Notes: generated by a model not told the origin, from the sequence alone. A stretch of 64,000 bases of DNA from Eledone cirrhosa (GCA_964016885.1 OZ024745.1:125364001-125428000); one strand, 5' to 3'; shown: positions 16,748-33,754, counted from the first letter of the stretch. Program-made: numbers and translations.

Positions 16748-17052
16748 ATGGCTTAGTGGTTAGAGCATTGGCCTTGCAATCAAAAGGTTGTGAGTTCAAT
16801 TCTCAGACCGGGTGATGTGTTGTTTCCTTGAGCAAGACACTTTATTTCACATTGCTCCAGTTTACTCAGTTGTAGAAATGAGATGATAGGGTCTGGTATC
16901 CATATCATTCCACTGCAAAGTGGTCGAGGAGGTGCCATGGCAAAAAAGCACCCAGCACTCACTGTAAATGAGGTTGGTGTTAGGAAGGGCATCCAGCTGT
17001 AGAAATCAAGCTAGAATCAGTTCCCATCCCACCCTTGCAAGCAGGGAAAAGT
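16748..17052 (+). mobile_element. Family-B CORE-type SINE with RTE-derived 3' tail
   Basis: A-box-like tggcttagtggttagagc, B-box-like gagttcaattc, CORE-like ccttgagcaagacactttatttcac. The 3' end cccatcccacccttgcaagcag is identical to the RTE end at 13831-13852. Confidence 0.8.
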
Positions 17053-17606
17053 GCTCGAAAAAAATTGTCCATGCCTGATGTAGTCCATCTGATAGGCTTC
17101 TAAACATTTTCTGTCTGCCCAATTTCACTCACAAAGCTTGGGTCGACCCAAAACAATGGTAAATAATATTTGCCTAAGATGCCTGGCAATGAGATCAAAC
17201 CCAAGATTTTATGATTGGAAAGTAAACATCTTAACCAGTTGGCCATTCTACGCCCAGCACTCAAAGATATAAGCATATTTAAGCTTTTCTTTCTCTTCGA
17301 AAACATTACAACTTAAAAATATTTGGCTAAATGCAGAACATAATTTCAGATATTTCTGTTATAAATGTGCAGGGATTATTTCATTGATCTTCAAAGTGTG
17401 TTTCAATAACACAATGACTTGCACATTAAGTGATGGAACTGATTTATGCTGCTATCTATTGAGGGGAATAGGGTTAAGTGCCATTTTTGAAAGAATGTTC
17501 AGGAATACAAAGTATTAACAATAAATTATCCTTCTTCTTCCTCTTTCTTCTTCTTATTATTATTTTCCTCCTCCTCCTCCTTCTTCTTCTTCTTCCCTCC
17601 TTTTTC

Positions 17607-17806
17607 NNNNNNNNNNNNNNNNNNNNNNNNNNNNNNNNNNNNNNNNNNNNNNNNNNNNNNNNNNNNNNNNNNNNNNNNNNNNNNNNNNNNNNNNNNNNNN
17701 NNNNNNNNNNNNNNNNNNNNNNNNNNNNNNNNNNNNNNNNNNNNNNNNNNNNNNNNNNNNNNNNNNNNNNNNNNNNNNNNNNNNNNNNNNNNNNNNNNNN
17801 NNNNNN
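17607..17806. other. Assembly gap (200 N)
   Basis: Run of exactly 200 N, i.e. a scaffolding join of unknown true size. Confidence 0.99.
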
Positions 17807-20460
17807 GACCAATATCAAAGTTTCAAAGATCTAAGAAAGAGCTTTATGGCCCTTGTTGAGTTGCATATGCAATTAAAAGTAAATTTATAATTGGTAATCC
17901 TTGAAGTTCGCCTCATGAATTTTGAAGATAATTAACTGAAACAGGTTAGCATCTCTGTTTTAGATGTAATTTTGACAGTTTCTATTGAGTCAAAGCCATT
18001 CATTTCTTGAACAAGTAGTCCCAGGTGTGGAAGAATAGATTATTTGCAACAATCAAAATTGGTTTGCTCAAGTATCATTAAAGAAGGCTTATGTTAACAG
18101 TCTGACTCTTCTTCTGTAGTCATCCTTCCCAACATCATCACCATTCCCATCATTTTATATTTGCTTTTCCTGAATTTATAAGAAACAAGGATTTATAAGA
18201 AATATTGCTGTTAACTAAACAATGTATTGAACAATGTGTGAAAAACAAACTCTAACAATCAGAAGATCTAATTTTTTTATGACAATATATATAATCATCA
18301 TTATCATTTCCGTTTAGCATCAATTCTTCCATAGGTTAGATGGGTCATCTGTGCCAGGAGGCAAGTCTGGCCATAGATGGCCATGTCGCACCTTACTTTG
18401 GTAAGGACTGTAAATTTGACCAGGTATTTTACAGCTGGATGCCTTTCCTAACATTTACAGTGTGGGACTGGCTGCCTCTGTCATGAGGTGGGACAGGCCA
18501 GTTGGCCGTGCCAAACCTGTCTCAAAATGGAACCACAGTTTTGGAGCCTGACCTATCTCACAGTAGAACCATAGTTTAGTAGCCTGGTACTGGATGATAC
18601 CAATACAAGGAGCCTGACACATCTCATAGCAGAGCCACCATTTTGGGAGCCCGATACTGTAGGAGGCGGGACAGGTGTAGGGCCACTGTTTGGGAGCCTG
18701 GCATCAGTCAATGAAAAATAATGCTCAAGATATTGTGTGCTTTAGAATTATAGTAACTGCCTTAAATATACTATTTTCATGTTCTCTATCAATTTCTTGT
18801 TCAATAAATCTTTTCAATGCCAAACAGGTACAAACGAAATTTCAGCAATATTACATATTGGCAGTATATATCTGCTGCCTTCTTTAACACTGGCATGGTT
18901 TTTCAACTTGAATTTATATCCTTTCAAATCTCACACCTCTGCAAAACAATAACTATTGTGGGGAATATATATATATAAAGTTATAATACTACTATTTCAA
19001 AAAATTCTGAAAGTTTTCTTCAGCATATCGAAATATTACATACTAAGTAACTGAATATGCAGAAAAGTTTTGATGAAACATTTAAATTTTCCTTCTGGTG
19101 TATATAACAGTACTATTTGTTTCAATTACATGTAATCTATCGAGTAATTTACTAAGAAGAATTAATTTCATTACCATCATCATTATTGGCATCATTACTT
19201 TTCCTATCCATTAAGTGCCCATAGCTAAAATAATTTGATTTATTTAGATAAATGTACACTAACTATTTAATTGATGAGAAAATTGTAAAGCTACTTTGTT
19301 AAGCTACAAGTTAGTAAGCTTAATGAAAGGTATCTTTATAAGTCAGTTAGACCATAAATAGCAGCTGAAACAACACTTTATCTACAAACGTTTTTGCAAA
19401 CAAACAAAAATTACTCAGTATTCATATTATTTCTATTGATCTGATATCCATAATGTCATAGGATTATGTTATGCAACATTTACAACATGAATAATTTCTT
19501 TTTACAATATCTGTCTTTATAGATAAACCATGTTTCAAGTAATGAAAAATATATTTCCCCAAAGATGTTAAACTAATAATTAAACTTCTAAAATGACACA
19601 TTTCATTGTTCATCAGGAATCATGAGTGAAAAGCTAAAGAAGTAATTAATTATGTATTCTTTCTAATGCTGAAAATAGTATCAAGCATACATTTTACTCG
19701 TTCTTCTTTATTGAGAATAACAATACCTGGGTGTGAAAGTTCCATTTATCTCTCTGTTTGAATTTTCATATACCATAATTCATTTATAGAGTGGTTTACA
19801 GGGATAATTTCCTGCTTTATAATTTTCTATATACTCAAATGCGATCATATAAAGAATTTTCCAATATAAGATTGTAAAAACTCCAATTTAAAACCCCTCT
19901 GAGCAAGCATCTTACATTAAAAAACTACATATGCAACTGTCTCTTATCTTTCATCACCCATTCTCCATATCTATATTCATTCTGATGCACCTAATTCTAA
20001 TTGCTAAGATTAAATCTTGTCCTTTTTTTCAGCCACAGGAATAACTTTTCCTCTTGAAATCCTTCAGTATTTTGCAAACAAACTGTCTGGATAAGATTTT
20101 CTGCTTCTTTGAATGGTTTAAGTTTTGAGGGTTTCCCTTTTCCCCCTTCCTTCACCTGATATCTCCTCTCTATGTACTGCAATCAAAAGTAACCCTATCC
20201 AACTCAACAAAATATATGATCAGCCATTCTATCTCTCACACCTCACAGCCTTATGGTCTTTCATCCTCAATCTTTTCTATTGAAGTCAAAATCAGTCTAT
20301 GGATGTAAAGCTTTATATGTTGTAATACATAATTTCCTTTTTATAATCGAGATCTTCCTATATCCCTTTGATCATTCTTAAACCAGATCTGATGATGGGC
20401 ATGACACCTTTGTTTATTGGACTGATAGTAGTTATATTTATATTATATAATATTACAATA

Positions 20461-20765
20461 ATTATTATTATTATTATGCTTTCTTTGCTCAGCTTTTAAT
20501 GCTGGTGAAGTATTATAATTTCAACTATTCACTGCCAGTGAACTGAGGTAACACTCTTATTTTTCTTTTCAAGCACTTTCTGCAAGTGCTCTACCCATAT
20601 TGCAACCTCTAAATGTGTAATGTACTTTTCGTGAACTATACTTACTGTTCTTAAGGTTCTATGTATTACTATTACATTTTTCAGTGTCCACAACTCCTTA
20701 AACACAAAAGCTAACCCGAAAAATATCGCCTTTTCCCCCTTCTTTATCGCATACCTTGTTGTCAG
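20461..20765 (-). pseudogene. R4/Dong-clade LINE 3' end with (TAA)n tail
   Basis: The minus strand reads CDKEGEK...ELWTLKNVIVIHRTLRTVS..EKYITHLEVAIWVEHLQKVLE, resembling the Dong C-terminus, followed by a short UTR and (taa)n. Confidence 0.65.
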
Positions 20766-20787
20766 CTGAACATGCTATATCTAAGAT

Positions 20788-21075
20788 CTACAACTGCTAT
20801 ATTGACTCTCAATTTGAAGGATATGCTTTTGTAATCCAAGAACAGAAAATAACAACGAAATACCTAATACGCAAAAGAGATAGGGATGCAGGCAAAATAC
20901 CTAGATATGACAACAGGTGCAGTCTGTGGAACAAACTTAAAAAAGGTCATCCACATGCTATGCAGCTGTCCAAGGATTTCATTCCGATTCAATCTACCTA
21001 TGAGGCCAAAATACAAAATATGTTAGCAAAATATGTTACAATACAATCTGTTGAAAGGTATTCACCTGGTTGATA
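20788..21075 (+). pseudogene. R4-clade LINE fragment (same family as 21242-23899)
   Basis: NCYIDSQFEGYAFVIQEQKITTKYLIRKRDRDAGK parallels 22950-23060. Confidence 0.8.
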
Positions 21076-21241
21076 TTTAAATTCGAATGAAAGAGATGTG
21101 TTTCTATGCTAGAAACAGGCTTTCTCTTTCTAAGGGTGGAAATTTATAAAATAGTTGTTTCTACGTTTGGCACAAGGCCAGCACATACCCAGTGCATTAC
21201 TGGTACTTTATTTATGCATGCATGCATGCATACATACATGC

Positions 21242-23899
21242 AGCGAGAAACTTGGATGTCAGAAGAAGGTAGATGAAAGAAAAATACTTAATAAAACATT
21301 CAGACGAAACCAAACATCAGTCTATAGAGATATGAAGGACAAAGTAATAAATGTCACTGAGGCCTCATCCCAGATTCCTTCTGGAGAAAAATATAGGGTG
21401 AAAAGAAGAATTTCAACCAAGATGCAGTGTGGCTAACAGAAATCCAAAAGAACTATTGCTCCTAAACTACAACAAAAACAAACGAAATAAATGAAGATGC
21501 CCTTGAGACTTTGATAGGAAAACTCCAAGATAAGAAAACACCAGGAAGATACATAATTGTCGTCGACTGGTACAAAAAATTGATATTCTATCGGAGGTAT
21601 CTTATCGACCACTACCAACAAGTTCTTAAGAGAGATACACTTATACCAGAATGGTTGACATTAGCACAAACAATATTGGTCCTCAAGAAGAAAGATATCC
21701 ACTTGGCAAAAAACTACCGACCCATTGCATGCCAGAAGCTGATGTATAATATATATATATATAGCCTGCCTGGACCTATTCTTCCAAGATCACTGTGAAA
21801 ATAACATCATCACAGGTGAACAAGCAGCTGGAAAGAAAGGTATTTGGAGGTGTGCTGAGCAACTTCTAATCAACTGCGATGCAACAACTTAGGAGGAATA
21901 TGGCTACTGTCTGGCTGGACTACAGGAAAGCTTTTGATTCTGTTCCCCACTCTTGGATGATAGAGGCCCTCCATCTAAAGTCCTAGACATTATTATCAGA
22001 GCCACAGAGAAGCTGTCTTCTATCAGCTACTATCTTAAAGTTAAAAACAGAGAAGGAGGACTCTATTTTCAGAAAATAGAATAGCACAGGGAGACAGTCT
22101 CTCTGTGATACTATTTATCCTGTCATTAAACCTCTTGTCCTTTCTGCTCAAGAAATATGAAGGATACATCTTTGGCTCACAGGAGGACAGAAATACAAAC
22201 TTAACTCATGATTTATTTGTGGATGACCTGAAACTCTATGCCAAGTACATAGATAGGATGAAAAAAATCTTGACCTGGTTACAACATTCTCAAAGAATAT
22301 AGGAATGGAGTTTGGCCAAGATAAATGTTCAAATATAACTGTAAAGCAGGGAAAAACTACAACCGAATCTAGCAACATTTTTATCAATGGCCGAACTATT
22401 TCACCAATATCTGATGAGGACTGCTGCAGATATTGATGAGAATATATCCTATAATGCTATTTGTAATAAGGAATGCATAACCAGGGAATATTACACCCGA
22501 TTGAGAATAATATGGTCATCCGAACTCTCTGTACACAATAAAACAGTTGTAAACAACGCAGGAAACTTTCATATAAACAGTGACATAGACCGCCTCTACT
22601 TGAAATGTAAGCAAGGAAGCAGAGGCTTAATATCAATCCAGAGAGCATTTGAATGTCTCATCATATCCCTCCAACAACATTTACGAACTTCAAAGCATAG
22701 GAGCCCATCTATTGAGTAAGTCTATCTGCATGATAGATAAGATCATGAGAGTTAGGAAGGAACTCCTTGAAAGATATTCCCTGCATGATAATCAAAAACT
22801 CACACCCAGGGAAGTCGCCCAGCAGTACATCAGTGAATCCATGGTTGAAAAACTGCATGCTTATCAGCAAAAAATCATGAATGGATATGTTGCAAGGAAG
22901 CTCCAGAGTGAGAGTAGTATAGATAAGGAAAGTACTCTATGTTGGACCAACAACTGCTATATTGGCTCCCACTTTGAAGGATATGCTTTTGCAATCCAAG
23001 AATAGGAAATCAACACAAAATACCTGATTCACAAAAGAGATAGGGATGCAGGCAAAACACCTAGATGTGACAAGTGCAGACTCTTCAGGATTTACATCGA
23101 AAATGTCAGCCATGTCATAAGCAGCTGTCCAAAGATGTCATCGCAGTACTATCTACCTATGAGGCATGATGTAGTGGCCAAAACACTGTACAATGCAATC
23201 CGTAGATAAGATAGCCCCGATAATAAACACATTAAAAGCTACAGCAATGTGGAAAACATACATATACATAATATGAAAGAGTATTGGTGGAATGTTCCAG
23301 TAAAAACCCTAATAAAATGCCGGCATAACAGACCAGATATTATGATATGGGACAGGGAGAAGAAAGCATGCACAGTAGTGGAAATTAGCTGCCCAGCAAT
23401 GGCAATATAATATCAAAGATTAGCGAAAAGGAGAATATCTATGCAGATCTAATGAGAAATCTGCAGATACTCTACCCTGACTATACCTTCAGATTTATGC
23501 CTGTGATTATTGGGGCACTGGGGTATGTTAGTAACCGCCTCAATACAAATCTTGAGAAGCTAGGCTTCACAGAAACAGAAAAAAACAGGACTAGTTAGGA
23601 AATTACAAGTACAATCTATTAATGAAACAGTAAAAATATGTAAAACATTCTAAAAATTCTGCCTCTAATATCTGCATATACACTTCTACAGATACAAAGC
23701 ATATGTACATGTACACATACACATCCACACATACAATAACATCCATACCTGCATACACATACATGCATGCAGACATATCTACCTAGTTGATGGTGTGTAA
23801 ATTCCAATGAGGGAGTCTTGTATTTATGATAGAATAGGCTCTCTCTCTCTATTGGAAAAAAATTGTGAAATTATAAAACCAGAAAAACATACATACATA
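21242..23899 (+). mobile_element. 5'-truncated R4/Dong-clade non-LTR retrotransposon (RT + CCHC + restriction-like endonuclease), pseudogenised
   Basis: KNYRPIAC, WLDYRKAFDSVPHSW, QGDSLS, FVDDLKLY, CRLF..E.VSHVISSCP..RHD, RPDIMIWD, VEISCP, PVIIGALG. Many stops and frameshifts. The 3' UTR ends aaaaccagaaaaa(cata)n. Confidence 0.92.
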
Positions 23900-24229
23900 T
23901 TGCGAAAGAGTTGAACAACCTTCATAATATAATTTACGTAAGAATAAATCAATACTATATACAAACCTGAAGTTATAGAACAAAGCGCGTGATCTTAATG
24001 TATACATACAGTAATTTGTTAACTTAATCACTATCATCTACACTTCAGTACATTAGTTAATATATAAGTAAATAAAACATTTCTAATGTGATATCCTCAA
24101 ATACGACCACCGGCAAATCTAGTGTAAACATCATTTCGTTATATATTCAAATATGTAATTCATACTCAATCTGAAATCTTGTTATGGCTTAAATACTATG
24201 TATCTAACATTTCACGTTGTAATAGGCCA

Positions 24230-25900
24230 GTGGTTACATGATTTATGTTCTTGCAGAATGCATATACGATCTTCTCAAATTCACAAAACCCACATGTATA
24301 TTTTACGAATAACTCTTGCCACCCTAACATTAATAAGACACTAAATGTAATTTTTTTTCAAACAGCAAATATTTATAAAAATATATAATAAATGACACAT
24401 TAGAATAAAGATATCAGTGTTTCTATTTACTATAAATATACAACTACCTTAGGTGTTGAATTGGAAGAGTCGTATTCGTACCGGCTCTCTCAGTTCAAAT
24501 ATCGTATCCTCTGAGAATTTGTTTTTATGTTGGATAAATCCGCATACTTGGTGTGGCCGGCATTCATTCTCTTGCGATATTTAGATTTTGATGTAAATGT
24601 GTTGTTTAAAATGTAAATTAAAATAAATCTGTTGTCAAATGTAAATTTTTGTCAAATGTATCACATCAAAAAATGAATTCGGAACTCCAGCACCCATTAT
24701 TGCAGCATATGCCTGAGTGGATCTCTAATTTATATTTTTTTCTGCTTTATTACTCTTATATGATATAATATAATATAAGAAACCATTTCGAATCCCGACG
24801 AGGTTAACTTTGCATTTCGGATCCTTACGGGGTCGATAAAGTAAAGTACCAGTAATGCACTGGATAATTGCTGGACTTGTGCCAAAAGTAGAAACAATTA
24901 TTAGAAATCCTCTTTGTTCTTCTTTAAATTTGATGGATTTTGAACCTATTAAGTATCTTTGTTCTTCAATTTTGGAAACTACTCATTTAGAGATTTGCAA
25001 TAAGCTGCAGATGTAATATGAATATCATTGCCGATTACAACATCTAAATGTTGTTCAGATATTTTAAGTAAATCACCGAGAATAGGTATTTTGTTCCACA
25101 GCTGAAAACCAATTTGCAATCATAACTATACCATTTTATTTTTGTCGTGAAAAAATATTCCCTCCTTCCCTTCAAGAGATAAAAAGGGCCATTCAATTTT
25201 GCGGGGATATGCGGTAAGTATGCAATTTTTGGTAGCTATGGCGTATTTGATGACTGTATCGGATAATCGAAATTTATGATCGATAAAATATGCTAAAAGT
25301 TTCTTTGCACAATTCAAATATTTTAACTAAAATATCGACTTGCGATAGCCATCAAACCCTTATGTATAAACGTAAAGTGTTATAAAGACTACCGTATCCA
25401 TATCCATATCTTTCATTGTTGTTTTTTAGATTGCTATTTCCGAATTTTGATACAATTGATAGACAAGATTGCTTCGTCTGAAACCAATGTTAATGTAATT
25501 GAAGGATTGTATATAACAAACGTATATCTATGATAAATGTAATATTTATCGACACAGAATTTTTTATCCAACATTCTTTAATCATGCTGCATCACCAGAA
25601 ACTTTTCCTACCCTTTTTTATTCTCTAATGTTACATACGACAATACATATAGCCCTCTCTATATGGCTCATTTTTATTAAATTATGGATGCACTTAAATA
25701 TGGTATTTCCCGTGATATACCTTTTCAAACATTCCCATAGATGCAAATGTTCGAATTCACATCGTACAATGAGAATCGCCGCTCTAGCAACACATATGGT
25801 CTTATCTAGTGGTAATGCGTAAGCATTAAGTACACGTAATTGCGAACTAACGTATGCTTTTAATCGCGTAGGCAATTATCGTTATTTCCCATTCAATTGG
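24230..25900 (-). pseudogene. Possible highly decayed piggyBac-like transposase
   Basis: Minus-strand pieces occur in piggyBac order: LDKTICV...RCEF (cf. ICVDE..GRC.F), IASRYFS...CAKKLL...LSDTVIK (cf. DRYFTS..LA..LL..GTVR), and distal KYTCGFC. The catalytic residues are not preserved. Confidence 0.3.
24788..24900 (+). mobile_element. 5'-truncated family-A SINE
   Basis: ttcgaatcccgacgaggttaactttgc...ggggtcgataaagtaaagtaccag...gtgccaaaagtagaaacaatta. Confidence 0.85.
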
Positions 25901-26099
25901 AATTGTGCACAACTTCAGCTTTTTCAACAGAATCTGCCTTACGATATCTTTTACCCTAGTTTCAAGAAATAGTTTACTAATAACAAGCGCTACACCAGCT
26001 AGTGCATTATATGACATATGTGTAAATATGTTTATGTATATTTTTTGTATTTTTTAAAAAGTAAACAGAGAACAAAAAACAGAAAAACGAAGAGGCAGT

Positions 26100-26141
<42 letters not shown>

Positions 26142-26148
<7 letters not shown>

Positions 26149-26460
26149 TTGCAAGGTTTTTGCAAGGAATCGTGTGTCCAAACAAATATTGTTAAACAAA
26201 TATTGTTATACTTGGGGATGGTCAGATTGTTATAATATTGACAGAAATTATAACAGAACACACTCACTGTTTGGTTTTGGTTGGTTTTCGTTTCTGTATC
26301 TTTTATATCTCCATAGTTAATTTATTTGGCAATCAATGTTTATCATTGATTGACCAATGATTAAAATTACAGATATAAATATATATATATATAGTCTATC
26401 AAAGTTCTTTCGTCACACATCTGCAACATCATCAGTGGTATTATTAAGTATCCTCCCATT
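26142..26460 (-). mobile_element. PLE pLTR remnant (family of 58895-59607) with a degenerate hammerhead at 26397-26440
   Basis: The minus strand gaccatccccaagtataacaata...gacacacgattcc..ccttgcaaaacaaat(at)n aligns with 59525-59595. Hammerhead: uacca CUGAUGA u guugca gaug ugugac GAAA gaac UU ugaua. Confidence 0.65.
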
Positions 26461-27794
26461 GTATTGTAAAGTCTACGACATTTTTATTTAACAGAAATTA
26501 AATAGAACACAACAGCTTCCGAGGAACATGCATACAACCAGAAGTGATACTTCATATGTATTAAAAATGGTAAACAAAAAACAACTATTATTTTATATAA
26601 TGTAATTTTAGTAAATTTTATAAAAATACACTTTATCCCACGAAACCCAATTTAGCAAACATTGTATTCGAGTATACACTATATGCGACCTAACTGATAT
26701 AACCAACTGAAATTTAGCCCCAGTATTGCAATATGTATCTTTCTTCAATGGAGATATTTTTTGTCTCCAACAAAATCATCTTTCTTAATGTTAGAATTAT
26801 TACCTTTCCTCGAGGCAAATCAATTTATTCCACTTTAGATTTGTTTATATTCACCAATTGCCGGCATAGCCCAATATTAATTTCCTAGTATTCGAAATTA
26901 CATAAATTTGATCTGACTCTACATTAAAATTAAAGTATTCCTGTCCACGTATCCTATCATTATTAGAAACATGTATAAATATATGTTTCTGCATGTAAAT
27001 GAATATAGTATTGGTATATATGAATTTATTTAGGAAGATAACAAGTGAGCTAGATAACTGGCTTGTTAGATTCAATGCATTTATCTCGGCTTTCAAACAA
27101 TTGCATATGAGCCTGATAGCTCATAAATAGTCATTTTCCAACATAATTTGGTGGTTATGTAGGATATTGTAGGACAATATTTCTAGTAAAATATTTAACA
27201 TTCTGCATTCAATCGAATATTTACACTTTTGTTCATTGTGTGTTAGCTTCGAAACAAATAGCTCACTGCTATAAAATCATCAGTGTTTGTAAGCCATGTG
27301 ATAAGTTCCATTATCCATAGCGTCAGTATCAAATGTAATGTTGCAACTAATCTTTTCTCTCACACCACTCATCATTAATAGGTAGGGGAGTCATTACCAG
27401 TAAGCAAGATAACAACATTATTTTATACAATGTGAACAAATGTTACCCTTTGCGTGTGGTTTGGTAGATAATTGTTACATATAATTGTAGGATAGAATCA
27501 CTGGTGAGAGCAAGGAGTCTCAAAAGTAATCTTCTCAGATCTTAAATCTTTATTTTTTTTCATGCAGAAGGATATTTTATCAACTTTTGATTTTGTAGTC
27601 GCATCAGGTTACATATCAGGTTCAGCTGGAGTGGGGTTGTCTTCCATTGATCTCTTCTGCATCTAAGCCTCTAGTTAAAGAAGATGCAAATTTGTGTTTA
27701 CGCGTTTCTTTTTCTTTTTATCTTTTCTTTTCTTTAGTTATATTTTTGTATATGTATCTGCATATATATATATATACCTCTATCCTTCTCTCTA

Positions 27795-30872
<3,078 letters not shown>

Positions 30873-31075
30873 GGGAGAGAGAGAGAGAGATAGCTAGATA
30901 GATATGTGTGTGTATAAATACGATACGCAAATACATATATATATCGTTTTAGACACCAGAACCCATTAAGGCAGCATTGTCATTTCATACAATAGTCACA
31001 GCTGTTGGCACTTTTAAATAAAGGCTCTATTGAATACATAACATCAGAGGTAACACGATATATCATAATAACAAT

Positions 31076-31247
31076 AATTGTTTCTACTTTGGTACAAGGC
31101 CAGCAATTACTGGTACTTTATTTTATCGACCCCGTAAGGAGGAAAGGCAAAGTTAACCTCGGCGGGATTTGAACTCAGAATGGCAAGGGCCGTAACTCTA
31201 TGCGTCAAATCATGGCGTCCGACCCTCTGCCGATACTGCCTATCCAC
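31076..31247 (-). mobile_element. Family-A SINE
   Basis: Full reverse-complement copy. Confidence 0.85.
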
Positions 31248-32208
31248 AATGATGACACTCCGGGGTATATTATCGAAATTTCATTGAAGTAGTCGCTTCA
31301 TTGACAATTGTCGCTAAAATTAATTGCAATAAAAACAAAGATTACTTTTATTGGTCACAAGGGCATATGTTTTGGGGGACACTATAAGAACAAACACAAC
31401 AAAAGTAGTTGTTTCGATCGAATAAGGGAAAGGGAAGATCACTGAAGAGAAACAGGAAGATTTACAATAATAAGAAATGTAATAAACAAAGATAACAATA
31501 ATTAGTGTCAACAAGGACCAGTTCCCCAATAATAGGAGTACTGATCGTTAGGGTAATTCCGAGGAGAATCACACACAAAACCTAGGGTTATTCTGTTGCC
31601 TCACACGCATCGAAAATGCCCTCTCCCAGTTTCCTGTCTGAGATGCACGCATAGCGATAAATCTATCCTGCATGCTATTTATTGGCCCTCCAACACTTTT
31701 AGGGTTTGAAACACAAATTACATGCATTTCTCTAACCACCTACCAAATTACCTACACCTTTTTCTCATAACATATCTATACTTACACTAACATCGATATA
31801 TGTTTTGTTTTTCAAATAAATATTTAATAGTTACCATTGAAGGCAGGGATAGGAACATAGGCAACCTTAGAATCAAAGATACAAAAAAATAGGTAAGCTT
31901 AACCAAAAAACCAAGAGCAGGTTCGAACTTATCACACAAAATCTAACATAAAAGCGCACATACATAACTCTTGACACAACGCACACACGCATAATAACCA
32001 ACTCAAAGAGACAAGTATAACCCGATACACAACATTGAACACAAACACGCATACACACACAACCCAACTAGATAACTGAATCCAGAATACATAACATATC
32101 CAAGTGACTTCAACTTGAAACACAACATTTGCATAGACAAATGAAATTGGCATAAAAACAAACAAAAGCACTAAATATTTGATAGGAACACGCTCACACA
32201 TTATACTC

Positions 32209-32378
32209 ATTGGCAGTGTCGGTAGAGAGTCGGACGCCATGCTTTGTAGCATGATCTGAGTTCAAATCCTGCCGAGGTTAACTTTGCCTTTCATCTTTAC
32301 AGGGTCGATAAAATAAATGCACTGATACAATAAATGCACTGAGATAATTGCTGGCCTTGTGCCAAATGTAGAAACAAA
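32209..32378 (+). mobile_element. Family-A SINE
   Basis: Full copy, with tactcat on both flanks. Confidence 0.85.
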
Positions 32379-32660
32379 TTCTACTCATGTCAGTCAATAA
32401 TCGTCGTCATCCATCCATTATTCCAGGCAGGTATAAATAGACCACCGCTTGCAAACAAAGAGAGCAAGCTGACGTGCCTATAGCAAGACAAGCACAAAGA
32501 TATGATCTAGTCTCTTATTATAATCTTCTGATGAAGAGATTTTAGTCCCGGGGTATTAGGACACGTAAAGAAAATAATACGTGACTCAATAACATCTTCG
32601 TTGCCTTCAAATAACTTTATATACTAACACGATGCTTCAAGCTAACCACAACACCATCTC

Positions 32661-32694
<34 letters not shown>

Positions 32695-32701
<7 letters not shown>

Positions 32702-32805
32702 TAACAGATTAAAATTTAAGCAAAGAATCGCTGCTTTCACTCATAACGGGATCTTAAGGGTGAAAGCAGCGATTCATTGCTTAAACTTTAATCTGTTATT
32801 TTAAT
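32695..32805. repeat. Palindrome with 46-bp arms made of a dispersed TA-adjacent terminus
   Basis: 32695-32740 and 32760-32805 are reverse complements with 2 mismatches. Single arms recur at ~40270-40329 and ~44786-44845, each ending in (TA)n. Confidence 0.85.
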
Positions 32806-32920
32806 AAATATTTGCTCTATGGTTTTATATATTTTATTATATATATTATCCTTATCGAGCCCTCTTCGGATTTTAGTCTTAACATTTATTATTATTACTA
32901 TATATATATGTATGTATATA

Positions 32921-32972
<52 letters not shown>

Positions 32973-33754
32973 GAAACACACAGATACATGCGGACACACA
33001 CATATACATGAATGCATCCACATCCAACCGTGAGTTAATGGTGCCAACCTTACCGATGTTGCTCAATGAATGACTATATATATATATATATATATGGTAA
33101 ATTTCTTTAAGTCGTTTGGAAGCCTTGACAATGCAGATGGGTAAATCTCCGGGTAACAAGATCCGGTGGTGGAGAGAGAGATGTAAGTGGGCGTACGTTG
33201 AGATGCGTGGTGTGTAGAAGACTGTAGCGTGTAGAAGAATGTAGGAAAGAGCGGAAAGGATAAAAATAAAAATAATAACACGAGATAGAGTTACCTTGGG
33301 AGAGATTTAATTGTCCCTATATATTTCAGATTCACATCCATCAACTGGGTTTTTTTCCGGGGAGGGGGGAGGTTGTCTGTCGGAAAGATGCGAAACGTGT
33401 CCTCCCCTGTTCGTTGTTTTGAATATCTGCGGTATTCATCAGAGCGCGCGTGCGCGTGAAATGGGGTCGGTCAAGCAGTGGTCGGCGGCCGAAATAGTTT
33501 TATCAATTGTGGGAGTGGGGCGACGCTAGCTGTCAGTCCATAGTATTCTCTGCCTGTTTGGTGAATGTTACTGTGTGTGTGTGTTGTTGTCTCGCATGAG
33601 TGTGTGTGTGTGCATGTGTTGTTGCCTTGTTCCTCTGTATTGGCAGTGTAGTATGTCCGCATGGTGGAATGCTACTGTGTGTGTGTGTGTGTGTGCATGT
33701 GTTGCTGTCTCGCTTGTGTGTGTGTGTGCGTATGTTGCTGCATCGTTTGTTTAC

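Noticed and set aside
17474-17834. ORFs spanning 17.5-17.8 kb
   Set aside because: They are artefacts of the 200-N gap and the adjacent (CTT)n tract.
20385-20430. CTGATGA motif
   Set aside because: There is no downstream GAAA or stem III. The same applies to isolated CUGANGA matches near 2603, 10485, 13085, 19610, 27278, 44996 and 47087.
33311-33450. Hammerhead in the 3' region of the 33.8-35.2-kb Penelope element (CUGAUGA at 33436-33442 minus; GAAAuauaUA near 33320)
   Set aside because: I could not build convincing stems I and II joining the two boxes. It may be a decayed ribozyme but is unsupported.
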